Assembly: GCA_024641705.1 (NCBI GenBank)
Contig: JAHECO010000002.1
Location: 8,282 to 72,281, forward strand
From: Candidatus Kryptoniota bacterium
GTDB taxonomy: Bacteria > Bacteroidota > Ignavibacteria > Kryptoniales > JAKASW01
Reading direction: 5' to 3'
Length of the DNA: 64,000 nt
The notes under the pieces were generated by a model. It was given only the letters and a program-made list of their open reading frames with translations, was not told the origin of the DNA and searched no databases. The translations under genes were made by a program, and so were the position numbers. This document shows positions 33,946 through 42,930 of this stretch, in pieces. How positions within the stretch are numbered: the first letter of the stretch is position 1; the number at the start of each line of letters is the position of its first letter.

Positions 33946-35214
33946 TCAGAACAGGTTTACGGTCACTGAGAGAGTTACGATGTCGTCCGTGAACTTGTAG
34001 TACTCGTCGTTGGACGAATTCCCGATGTGGTCGTAGTTCAGTCCCAGCGTATATCCCGCGGGGAAGCCGACCGACGGGAAAGACCTTGTTAGCCCGATAG
34101 AGATGTCCGTGTACCTGTCGTGCCGTTTGTCGGCCACGACGACGGTTTGACTGGTATCGTATGCCGGGCGATTGTAGTCCTTGCCGGCCGACCTGAATCC
34201 CACGGAGAGACCGATCCCGGCAATCAGGGAGTCTCTCTTTACCCCGATGTTGAATTCGCTCCCCTGGTATGAATACGGGTCATCATAAACCTCGGACGAC
34301 AGGCTCGTAAACTTCGCGACAGCACTGATGTATCTAGCCGTTCCCGATACATCTCTTCTGATGAGGAAACTCCCGTTCGCCTTCCACTGTCCGAGAAGGA
34401 TATTCAGACCTGCCCCGTAAGTCGTCTGGGCCGCGGATGGAGAATCGAGCACGTAAGTCTTCGCGGCGGAGGATGATTGTCCGCCGCCCTTCCCTTTCCC
34501 TTTGTAACGTCCCTGCGAATGCATGTTGATCAGGTTCTTCACGGTGGAGCTCACCGTATCGACGCCGTAGTACTTCTTGCTTCCGTAAGACCCGTTCACA
34601 TAGAAGTAGACGGAGCGCGTCGGCATGAAGGAGAGTGATACGCTGCCGCTGTTTACGAGGTTCGAAAGAGACGTGATCTCATCATAGCCGGTGTAGTTTA
34701 TGCCGTAATGCAGTCTCAGCATCGCGAGGCGTGCAATCGTGTAACGCAAGCTCCCCCCGGCGGCGGAGTTGAAGTTGGCATATGCTGCGAAATCTCCGGA
34801 GTGCGGCACCGTCCTGTTGAGCACTCCTGAGAGAGCGAGATGCGTCTCGAGCGAATCGGGGGGCATTGACAGCGGGTCTTCCGTCAGCGACGCGGCTTCG
34901 CTGCTGTCGAGGTCGTCGGCGATCCTGCTGAGCTGTATGCGGTAGCTGACGTTCAGGCTGTGGTTCCAGTTGTCCTGCTCAGGGTAAGAGCCGTAGCTCG
35001 ACAGGCCTCCGTAGTATGACATGTCCAGGTCCGAATAGTCCCAACCGACATAATTGTCGAGACCGATATTCATGCCAAGATAATTGTCCGGCACCTGGGC
35101 GTAATTGCCGAAGACATTCGAGTCGTGCGTGTATCCAAGCTGTACCGAGCCGGTAAACTGAGCCATCGATGTTGATGCAAACAGGAAAACGGCGGCGACT
35201 GCGATCTTCTTCAA
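33946..35214 (-). CDS. Predicted OM beta-barrel (exopolysaccharide-export porin candidate)
   Basis: Signal peptide MKKIAVAAVFLFASTSMAQ, N-terminal LGYTHDSNVF (seen in EPS-locus barrel families), C-terminal VNLF. It starts 3 nt after the GT2 gene. Confidence 0.6.
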   Translation of the reverse strand: MKKIAVAAVFLFASTSMAQFTGSVQLGYTHDSNVFGNYAQVPDNYLGMNIGLDNYVGWDYSDLDMSYYGGLSSYGSYPEQDNWNHSLNVSYRIQLSRIADDLDSSEAASLTEDPLSMPPDSLETHLALSGVLNRTVPHSGDFAAYANFNSAAGGSLRYTIARLAMLRLHYGINYTGYDEITSLSNLVNSGSVSLSFMPTRSVYFYVNGSYGSKKYYGVDTVSSTVKNLINMHSQGRYKGKGKGGGQSSSAAKTYVLDSPSAAQTTYGAGLNILLGQWKANGSFLIRRDVSGTARYISAVAKFTSLSSEVYDDPYSYQGSEFNIGVKRDSLIAGIGLSVGFRSAGKDYNRPAYDTSQTVVVADKRHDRYTDISIGLTRSFPSVGFPAGYTLGLNYDHIGNSSNDEYYKFTDDIVTLSVTVNLF

Positions 35215-35217
35215 TTT

Positions 35218-36501
35218 CTATTTTCCTCCCGTGGGTTCTTCGAGCTTAAACCGGACTGTCTTGGACCACGTGCGTTTTTCCCTCTTGATATAGTCCAGGT
35301 AGATCGCGCGGCCGACGACGTATATCCAGAACTGGCAGTACGTAAAGTACATCAGGAAAACGAGCAGAAAATTCCTGAATGTATCGAGTCCTTCGTAAGA
35401 CAACACCAGCATTATCTCGAGTATGAACAAGATTATCGCGAGCACCCAAACGGTCGTATATGGGCCGGGCAACGGTATCGCGACTATGTGAGAAACACTG
35501 AGGATGAAAATCAGGTCGCTGACTCCGATCGCGAAGAGAAAGATATAGTAGAGCGAGAGGAGATAGAGGACCTCGAAAGCCAGGAATTTGTTCTGGAACT
35601 GCGGTATTTCCCTGAAGAACTTGGTGACGACGTAATTGTTTCCCCGCACCCATCTCGTCCGCTGCTTCGACCAGACCGTTATCGTTTCCGGCTCCTGCTC
35701 CAGAGTTACGGCAAAAGGGATGTATTTGATCTTATACCCTTTCATGTACACTCTGATACTCAGTTCCGAATCCTCGGTTATGGCGTCTTCGTCCCAGCCG
35801 TTGAGGTCGTCGACGAGATGCTTCCAAATGACGAAATTGGTGCCGGGCAGGGTGGCAACTTTGAACAGAGCCCAACGGCCGGCCTGCAGTATTGCCTGGA
35901 AGCTCATTGTTTCTATGCTGACAAACCGCGTAAGCCAGGTCCTGTCTTTGTTTATGGTCCGGAAATTCCCGAGGACCGCCCCGAGCTCCGGATGGAGGAG
36001 AAGCTCGGCCACCAGATATTTCAGAGCGTCCGGCAGAGGCTGGTTGTCGGCATCGTACACTGCGATCACCTCGGCGTCGGTCTGTTTCAGACCGATGTTC
36101 AGAGCCCTCGATTTTCCTTTTCCCCCTTCGCCTTTCGGCACATTGTAACACCGGACACGTCTGTCGTGCTTCGATATGCTCTCGACGATTTCCCCCGTCT
36201 TGTCCGAAGATCCGTCGTTGATCACGAGTATCTCGAGTTTCTCCTCCGGATAGTCCAGGCGAAGCATCGCTTCGAGTGTCTTCTGTATCACTGTCTCTTC
36301 GTTGTGGGCCGGGATGAGGATACAGACCCTGGGACTCTCAAAATGTGTGAGATTATCTATCGACTTCTTCTCTTTCGCCGAACTCCAGTTATGGGAAAAA
36401 CCCGCTATTGTTAGAACAAGCTGGTAGGCGATCATGAACCAGATGAAAATTACGGAAAGGACAAACAGCGCACCCAGCAGCGTGGTGAAGAAATCAAACA
36501 T
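35218..36501 (-). CDS. Processive family-2 glycosyltransferase (PgaC/IcaA/BcsA-class polysaccharide synthase-like), membrane-integrated
   Basis: N-terminal TM, ILIPAHNEE, NDGSSD, YDADN, TED (AITEDSELS) and QRTRW (the QxxRW motif), then several C-terminal TM helices. Confidence 0.9.
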   Translation of the reverse strand: MFDFFTTLLGALFVLSVIFIWFMIAYQLVLTIAGFSHNWSSAKEKKSIDNLTHFESPRVCILIPAHNEETVIQKTLEAMLRLDYPEEKLEILVINDGSSDKTGEIVESISKHDRRVRCYNVPKGEGGKGKSRALNIGLKQTDAEVIAVYDADNQPLPDALKYLVAELLLHPELGAVLGNFRTINKDRTWLTRFVSIETMSFQAILQAGRWALFKVATLPGTNFVIWKHLVDDLNGWDEDAITEDSELSIRVYMKGYKIKYIPFAVTLEQEPETITVWSKQRTRWVRGNNYVVTKFFREIPQFQNKFLAFEVLYLLSLYYIFLFAIGVSDLIFILSVSHIVAIPLPGPYTTVWVLAIILFILEIMLVLSYEGLDTFRNFLLVFLMYFTYCQFWIYVVGRAIYLDYIKREKRTWSKTVRFKLEEPTGGK

Positions 36502-39500
36502 GCGCAGCTGCCCTTCTTCTTCTCAGCTTGAGTGTAAAGTATAAGATGATCAAAATCCCGCCGGCGAGCGAGCCGAAGATAGCGATAAGAGAGGATGACC
36601 AGAGACTTGTCATGTCGATCCCGTACGAGACCGTACTCTCAAGTACAACGAGGACTTTGTGCTGCCCCGGGGGGAGGACGATTCCGTAATGTTGCTCTTC
36701 GCGGGCAACGGTGAACGACACGTCGTGATCGTCGACAAGGACGGCATAAGGAATCTTTCCGAAAGAAACAGCGCATCTTCCTGGAGAATCGTACGTGAAT
36801 TCCACTCCTCTCTGGAATGTCCGTTCACTCAGGATGTTGCACGAGGCCGCTTCGATGTGCGACTGCATAAGGCCGCTTTCGAACGGATTCACGTCGGCCT
36901 TCACGATCTTCACCAGATGGTCACCGGCAGGAATGGAGAAATTGCCGGGCTGGTAGGGGTAGACTGTTTTTCCATCGACGGAGATCTCAGCCACGTCGTC
37001 GCTCAACCGAAGCGAAGTAGAGTACGGCGCGCCTATGCTGAACCCGTCGGGAGTCACCTGGAAGTCTGCCTGCGGCACCGACGCGAAGGAGAACTCTGCC
37101 ACGTCCTGGGGATAGGCCGTCGCCTCCGAGTAGACTGTCGTTCTCGGCGCGGCCGTAGCGGCGGAATTGACGAGAAGGTAACTCTCTATTCCGGTCGGTG
37201 TCTTCGTCGGAAACACGCCGTTGTAGTTGGACTGCCTGAACTCGAGTATGTTAAGGTCGATCATCAAATCTGATGAATCGGGTCCGAGCAGCCGCTTGTA
37301 TGTGTCACCGATCGAAATATAGCGGCGCGGGTCCGAGTTCCAATTCGCTTCGGGGTCTTCGACATCAAGTATGAACTTGTACTGCTCCCGCAATCTTAGG
37401 ATTTGATCCATGTTCACACCGATAGTGGTCAACAGGGCGGGAAAGGTTTTCTGGTCGAGCACCGTGAGGACAATCTGCGCGCCGGGTTTATCCTTGAAGG
37501 CGCCGGTCGCAAGACCGAGGAAGTGTGCCGTCAGGCTCGTGACCAGCGAGGTGCGGAACGTGACGAAGCTCTTCCAGTCCTGCGGCGATGTCTTATAGTA
37601 ATGGGGCGAATTCTGCTGGAACAGCTGTACCGGATCGAATCCGTACTTCTTCCTGAACATGACCCGGGCGCTCTGATTAAACGGTGTGAGCACCCTCGGA
37701 TCGCCCGGCGCTCCTTCACCGCCGAAATATAGCTCGCCGATGTTCACGCCGTCCCAGTCGTACGACGTCAGGAACTTGTAGATCCAGTCGGAAGCGGCGT
37801 TAAGGCAGGCTGTGTCGGTAAGCGCAACGGGATAGCGCCAATCCGGACGCACATCCTCACCTTTGTAATTCTTCTCGTGCCATTGCGGGTGGTCATCGTA
37901 AAATTTCTTGCTGATCTGCGGCGGCTCAATCCAGGCATAAACTGTAATCCCGTAAGCGTGACAGAGCCTTATGAGCCTTTCGTAGTCGTACATGAATTTC
38001 GGGTACTCATGCCATCCCGCCACGTGGATGGTCCTGATTCCGCGGCTGGCCCATTCCTTCACGAGAGCTTCCACGCTGATGTTCCTGCGGAGGCCGGGAT
38101 CGAAATACATTTCAAGGTCGTTGCGTCTCAACGACGGGTACAGCTGCAGGTAATTCTTGATCCACTCGATGAAATACGGAAATCTCGAGTAACCTCCGTC
38201 GGTGACGGGATCGAAGCGGGCGGTTATTGCAATGAATTTCCCCTTCCCGTAGTTCCTGGCAATCGCCACCGGCGCGTCGTTCACATCGTTGGTGCAGATC
38301 ACCTGGTCGCTTTCTTCGACGTCGATCCGGTGGACCGACTCGAACGTGCCCCAGCTGAGGAGCTCCTCCGGAAACAGCCTGTCCCTCACCTTCTCGAGGC
38401 GCATTACATTCTGGCTGAACTTCACGCCGAGGTCGACAGCGAGAGGGTTTTTCGCGTCGGTGATCACGTTCCCTCCGTCGGATACAAACTTTTCGAGTAT
38501 TTCGTAAAGCGAATCCGGGAGGCTGTCTGCGACCGCATATGGTACGACGATCAGATTGTAGCCCTGAAGACTTCCAAGGTTCCCCGCGGCAAGAGTGTCG
38601 ACCGGGATTCCCACGCTCCTGAGGGCCGTCACGAAACTCGACTCGTCCAGCCTGGCACCGCCGGCCGCGGTCGGATTCCACAATATGCCGGCGACCCCCG
38701 GAGTCACGCGTTTCTTCTCGGGAAATATCCCGTTCCACATGTTCTTCAACGCGATCGTTACTCTGTCGAAAAACGTCAGTTCCTTTTCCCTGTACTCGAT
38801 CGGCTCCGCGGCGTAAATCCAACCCGGCTGGAGGTCGATGTTCCTTGATATGGTTTCGGTGATCCTTTTCGGAGTTATGTCTCTCTTTACCCTCTCGCCG
38901 TTCTGGTCGAGATAAACCTCTTTAAGATACTGGTCCTCGATGGAGACCTTGAACGACTCCTTTCCGGAGACGATGGCCCTGTCCGGAAGCCTGACGATGT
39001 TGCTGCTGTCCCTGAGGCTGACAAATGTATAACCGAGATCCCTGATCCCGTCCACAATTTCTTTGAGAAGGTGGATCGGCATGAAAGGGTGAAAGAAAGC
39101 TGTGGCGTAGCCGTCCCTGACGTACAGGTTCGCCTTCGCCGCGGCTAGTATATCCTGCACGGCCTTCTCTTCTTCCTGTGGAGATCCGAGGGGGACGTAG
39201 CCCACGTTCTCAGGAATGATCTTCTCCCCGTACATGTCGCTCTGTATCACGTACGGAAAATCCTGGCTGTAGTCGAGGTCGTCCATCACGATCCTCTCCT
39301 CGACTGCCGTCGAGAACACCTTCGCGATGGCTGCGTAATCGATTTCAGAGGCACCGTAGTGAGGCGTCTCCCAGGCCAGCGGGTAGATGCCGTTTCTCAT
39401 CAGTTCCTCGACTCCGGTTTCCAGTTTCTGCTGGACGTAAGCTGTGTTGTCGTTGGCGATCGGCCTGTTGAGTGCGCTGTCCCAGAACTCGTAATCGTTG

Positions 39501-40423
39501 TCGGTGACACCGTGATATTGATGTGTGACTCCGTGCATGACTATTGTAGCCCCATGCGCTTCGGCATACCTGAGGGCGTCGACCATGTCGGGCTTATCCG
39601 AAAGCGAGATGCGGACGTTGTTCGAAGGATCGACATAAAAGGGGACTACTGCAATCAGAAAGGGTACGTTTTCGCCGTACAACAGGTCGGTAATTTTCCT
39701 GATGCTACCTGGATCCTCAGTCGGGTCTACATCCTCTATCCGGATCATCGCAGAATGGAATTCCGGATGTTCCTGGCCGAGTATGTCATGAAGCTTCTCT
39801 GCGAAGAAGATGTATCTGTCCGTAGGGCCGATGTAGGAGAAAGGCGAGTCTCCGAAGAGGTACAGGTTGCCGGTATGGATTGCGTAAGGAGATACCACAT
39901 GGTGCGGCGCGAATGCGTTCGCAAGAACTTCGACTTTTGTCCTGTTCGTAATCGAGACCATTGTCAGGTAATTGTCGCCCTTGTCGAACCTGAAGTCCCT
40001 GTCGGTGGGGACGACGGCGTCGAACCCAGCCGTGGAATCGTAGTATTCGGGGACGAAGCCGTATTTCTCCGAGAGGCTATGACGGGCATTCAGCGCGATT
40101 ATGCCGGTGTTTAGCCAGACCAGCGTGCCTTTGTAATTGTATGCATCGTCAAGAAATTTGTCGGGGGGCTGGCAAGTGCTGGTGAACCCGTCGAAGAAGA
40201 GGTAGTCGTACCCGTTGCATTCTCCGGGTCGGTAGTCGTTGGCCGCCGCGAGTTTTTTCTGCAGATCGAAATGTCCCAGGAGCTGGAACAGCTGGAGTGC
40301 GTCTCCTTTGGCAGGGTTGCCGCGGACATCTTTTCCTTCATAGACTATCAGCACACGGTTTCCCGCAAAGAGGTTGCCGCTATAGAGCATCAGCATCGTC
40401 AGCACAATTCTTCTTATCATCAC
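36494..40423 (-). CDS. 1309-aa secreted, C-terminally anchored multidomain protein: DUF2334-type polysaccharide deacetylase-like domain plus glycoside-hydrolase-like TIM barrel
   Basis: Signal peptide. Residues ~225-470: IRIEDVDP, VPFLIAVVPFY, MHGVTHQY, WETPHY (DUF2334-like). Residues ~770-1060: IHVAGWHEYP, VYAWIEPP, YDWDGVNIGELYF (GH-like). C-terminal TM SLIAIFGSLAGGILIILYF plus RRRR. Confidence 0.75.
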   Translation of the reverse strand: MMIRRIVLTMLMLYSGNLFAGNRVLIVYEGKDVRGNPAKGDALQLFQLLGHFDLQKKLAAANDYRPGECNGYDYLFFDGFTSTCQPPDKFLDDAYNYKGTLVWLNTGIIALNARHSLSEKYGFVPEYYDSTAGFDAVVPTDRDFRFDKGDNYLTMVSITNRTKVEVLANAFAPHHVVSPYAIHTGNLYLFGDSPFSYIGPTDRYIFFAEKLHDILGQEHPEFHSAMIRIEDVDPTEDPGSIRKITDLLYGENVPFLIAVVPFYVDPSNNVRISLSDKPDMVDALRYAEAHGATIVMHGVTHQYHGVTDNDYEFWDSALNRPIANDNTAYVQQKLETGVEELMRNGIYPLAWETPHYGASEIDYAAIAKVFSTAVEERIVMDDLDYSQDFPYVIQSDMYGEKIIPENVGYVPLGSPQEEEKAVQDILAAAKANLYVRDGYATAFFHPFMPIHLLKEIVDGIRDLGYTFVSLRDSSNIVRLPDRAIVSGKESFKVSIEDQYLKEVYLDQNGERVKRDITPKRITETISRNIDLQPGWIYAAEPIEYREKELTFFDRVTIALKNMWNGIFPEKKRVTPGVAGILWNPTAAGGARLDESSFVTALRSVGIPVDTLAAGNLGSLQGYNLIVVPYAVADSLPDSLYEILEKFVSDGGNVITDAKNPLAVDLGVKFSQNVMRLEKVRDRLFPEELLSWGTFESVHRIDVEESDQVICTNDVNDAPVAIARNYGKGKFIAITARFDPVTDGGYSRFPYFIEWIKNYLQLYPSLRRNDLEMYFDPGLRRNISVEALVKEWASRGIRTIHVAGWHEYPKFMYDYERLIRLCHAYGITVYAWIEPPQISKKFYDDHPQWHEKNYKGEDVRPDWRYPVALTDTACLNAASDWIYKFLTSYDWDGVNIGELYFGGEGAPGDPRVLTPFNQSARVMFRKKYGFDPVQLFQQNSPHYYKTSPQDWKSFVTFRTSLVTSLTAHFLGLATGAFKDKPGAQIVLTVLDQKTFPALLTTIGVNMDQILRLREQYKFILDVEDPEANWNSDPRRYISIGDTYKRLLGPDSSDLMIDLNILEFRQSNYNGVFPTKTPTGIESYLLVNSAATAAPRTTVYSEATAYPQDVAEFSFASVPQADFQVTPDGFSIGAPYSTSLRLSDDVAEISVDGKTVYPYQPGNFSIPAGDHLVKIVKADVNPFESGLMQSHIEAASCNILSERTFQRGVEFTYDSPGRCAVSFGKIPYAVLVDDHDVSFTVAREEQHYGIVLPPGQHKVLVVLESTVSYGIDMTSLWSSSLIAIFGSLAGGILIILYFTLKLRRRRAAAHV

Positions 40424-40631
40424 GAGATCTTTTTCACCGGATTAGTTCTGTTGTAGGGTTAGCCGATCCGACCGCCGCAGGTATAACCTCCGCCGGCCGC
40501 GGAAGACAGTTGCCGCAAAACGCAATTGCCTCCGCCTAAGATGGGTTTCGGACATTCTGGACAAGGGCGGGACACTCTTTCGAGAGACAGACCCGATGTG
40601 CAGGTCTCTCCCCACATTTCATTCATACGAT

Positions 40632-41606
40632 TTAGTCTTTTCCGTCCCAGCTGTTGTATTTTTCGTACGCGTCGATGATGTCCTTGACGAGCTTGTGTCG
40701 TACGACGTCGGTCTTCTCGAGGTAAACGAAGCTGACACCCTCGACGCCCTTCAGGACTTTCTGAATCTCGACCAGACCGCTCAGGCTCTTCTGAGGAAGG
40801 TCGATCTGCGTAATGTCGCCCGTCACGATCGCCTTCGAGTTCACGCCCAGCCGGGTAAGGAACATCTTCATCTGCATGGCCGATGCGTTTTGAGCCTCAT
40901 CCAGGATAACGAACGCGTTGCCCAGCGTTCTCCCCCGCATATAGGCAAGAGGCGCAATCTCGATCACGTTCTTCTCGACGTACAGCTTCAGCTTGTCCTG
41001 CGGAAGCATGTCGTCCAACGCGTCATAAAGAGGCCGCAGATAGGGAATCACCTTCTCTTTGAGGTCACCCGGGAGAAAACCGAGACTCTCCCCCGCTTCG
41101 ACTGCAGGCCTGGTTAGCACGATTTTCTGGACCTCCCTGTTACGGAGTGCTGCGACGGCCATTGCCACGGCGAGGTAAGTTTTTCCCGTACCTGCGGGTC
41201 CTATCACAAAGACCACGTCGTTCTTCTGTACGGACCTCACAAACTGTCTCTGCCCGGGGGTCTTCGGCTTTATCAGGTCGTTCCTCGCCGAAAGGACAAC
41301 CGTATCTCTCGATCCCTCTTCGCCGGCCCTCGCAGATTCTCCTTCGCCCGAGACGAGTTCGACAACCGTCACAACATCGTCGGTCCTAAGGACGCCCGTC
41401 TTGTCGAGGACGTACATGAGTTCCTTGAAAACCTTCTCGACGCGGGCAGTCTCGTCCTCCTCACCCTTAATGGTGATGCTATCGCCGCGCACGATTATGT
41501 TCGCATCGAACCGGTCGGAAATTATCTGGAGATTTGAATCGTTGATTCCGAGGAGCGATAGAGGATCGACTCCCGAAATCCTTATCCGTTTTTCAACGAT
41601 ATCCAT
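40632..41606 (-). CDS. phoH: PhoH-family ATPase
   Basis: Walker A IGPAGTGKTYLAVA, GFLPGD, and ILDEAQN in the typical PhoH arrangement. Confidence 0.9.
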   Translation of the reverse strand: MDIVEKRIRISGVDPLSLLGINDSNLQIISDRFDANIIVRGDSITIKGEEDETARVEKVFKELMYVLDKTGVLRTDDVVTVVELVSGEGESARAGEEGSRDTVVLSARNDLIKPKTPGQRQFVRSVQKNDVVFVIGPAGTGKTYLAVAMAVAALRNREVQKIVLTRPAVEAGESLGFLPGDLKEKVIPYLRPLYDALDDMLPQDKLKLYVEKNVIEIAPLAYMRGRTLGNAFVILDEAQNASAMQMKMFLTRLGVNSKAIVTGDITQIDLPQKSLSGLVEIQKVLKGVEGVSFVYLEKTDVVRHKLVKDIIDAYEKYNSWDGKD

Positions 41607-41630
41607 TCAATCTGTGGAAAGGAATGGTTA

Positions 41631-41679
41631 AAGAAAAAACAAAACGCCCCTGCCTTGCTGATAAGAAGACAGGAGCGTT
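41631..41679 (-). terminator. Rho-independent terminator after the LysM gene
   Basis: On the minus strand: AACGCTCCTGTC ... GGCAGGGGCGTT followed by TTGTTTTTTCTT. Confidence 0.6.
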
Positions 41680-41714
41680 ATAGAAAATAGACGAATTTCC
41701 CGTGTTATTGCCGA

Positions 41715-42479
41715 CTACTTCGAAGGCTGAGCCGGAGTTCCCATCATGCGCGCCTTCTTTGCATAGTAGGCACGCGCGGCCGATTTCTCCTTTGCCGAGA
41801 GCGGAGCGTTTTCGGGAATGGTCAGGACTTCCTTCGGATAGATCAAATCGGGATTCTTGATCTTGTCGCGGTTGGCGACGTAGATCTTGGGCCACTTCCA
41901 GGGATCATCGTAGATGGTCTTCTTCTTGGAGATGTTCCACAAGCAGTCCCTGTTCCGTGCCCACGTGCCGACGGTATAGGTCTTCGTCGTCGCGCAGTTC
42001 GCGAGGCGGGCCTTCAGCTGCGCATAGTCGTTCGAAAGAGACTGCACCTTGTCGTAGAACTCCACGGAGAGGGCAAGCTTGCTTGCCTTCAGCGAGTCCA
42101 CCTGCGCACCGACTGCCTGGACATCTGCTCTGTGCGCGCAAAGATCCTGGTCGGACATCTTCATATAATTGTCAATCTGGCCGCTGAGGTTCTGGAGGGC
42201 GAGACCGAACGCGTTCATCCCGTCCTGGGTCGTTCCCAGCATGCCGAGGTATTTCTGCATTTCCGACTGGTACTGCTGATCGAGGCTGGCCAGCTGATTC
42301 TTCAGGTTGGTGATGTCGGTGTCCAGCTGACTCAGCACGTTCTTCAGCGAATCACGCTTGGCTGTCAGCGTCGTCATCTGGGCCTGCCAATCGTCCAGCT
42401 TCATTTCCTCCTGTGCGGAAGCCACAGAGGAAATCGCAAATACCAATGCGATCACTGCCAATATCGATAACCGTTTCAT
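41715..42479 (-). CDS. Secreted coiled-coil protein with a C-terminal LysM peptidoglycan-binding domain
   Basis: Signal peptide, heptad-like Gln/Leu-rich region, and a LysM-like segment YTVGTWARNRDCLWNISKK...IYPKEVLTIPE. Confidence 0.8.
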   Translation of the reverse strand: MKRLSILAVIALVFAISSVASAQEEMKLDDWQAQMTTLTAKRDSLKNVLSQLDTDITNLKNQLASLDQQYQSEMQKYLGMLGTTQDGMNAFGLALQNLSGQIDNYMKMSDQDLCAHRADVQAVGAQVDSLKASKLALSVEFYDKVQSLSNDYAQLKARLANCATTKTYTVGTWARNRDCLWNISKKKTIYDDPWKWPKIYVANRDKIKNPDLIYPKEVLTIPENAPLSAKEKSAARAYYAKKARMMGTPAQPSK

Positions 42480-42492
42480 CTATGGCTCCTTA

Positions 42493-42771
42493 TCAGTTTG
42501 ACTTAGTAGTGTCTTGCTGGGCCTGCATTCTCTGCTGCACGGCCTGCTCATTACTCTGCAACTTCTTGATCTCTTCCTGCTTGGCTGCAACTTGTTTCTG
42601 CAAATCAGCCTTCTGCTGGTTTGCTGTCTGAATCTGCTGCTGGAGTGTAGCAATTTCGTTCTTCATATCAGACATCTGCTGCATTTGAGTTTTGTCAGCA
42701 TACTTTGTACACCCAGCAAGCAAAATGGACGCTACAATGAGACTCAGGATAACACCTGGGGTTTTTCTCAT
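42493..42771 (-). CDS. Small coiled-coil lipoprotein (Lpp-like in architecture)
   Basis: Lipobox LLAGC after a signal peptide, then a Gln-rich helical 70-residue body. It ends 13 nt upstream of the LysM gene. Confidence 0.7.
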   Translation of the reverse strand: MRKTPGVILSLIVASILLAGCTKYADKTQMQQMSDMKNEIATLQQQIQTANQQKADLQKQVAAKQEEIKKLQSNEQAVQQRMQAQQDTTKSN

Positions 42772-42930
42772 TTTCTACCTCCTTTGCATATTTTCGTCGT
42801 TCTAAGTTTAATTGAATCAAGCGTTTTAGTCAAGGATTTGATATTAAAAATATCTTAAAATATTTTCACTGGCAATACAAATTCACCCGCGCTTTTTGTA
42901 AATTTCAATTCCAAAAGAGGAGTTTAGCAG

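Noticed and set aside
35488-40114. Several long plus-strand ORFs (308, 323, 251, 204 aa and others)
   Set aside because: All are antisense to the GT2 and the 1309-aa genes, with Arg/Val/Asp/His-rich composition and no signal or motif.
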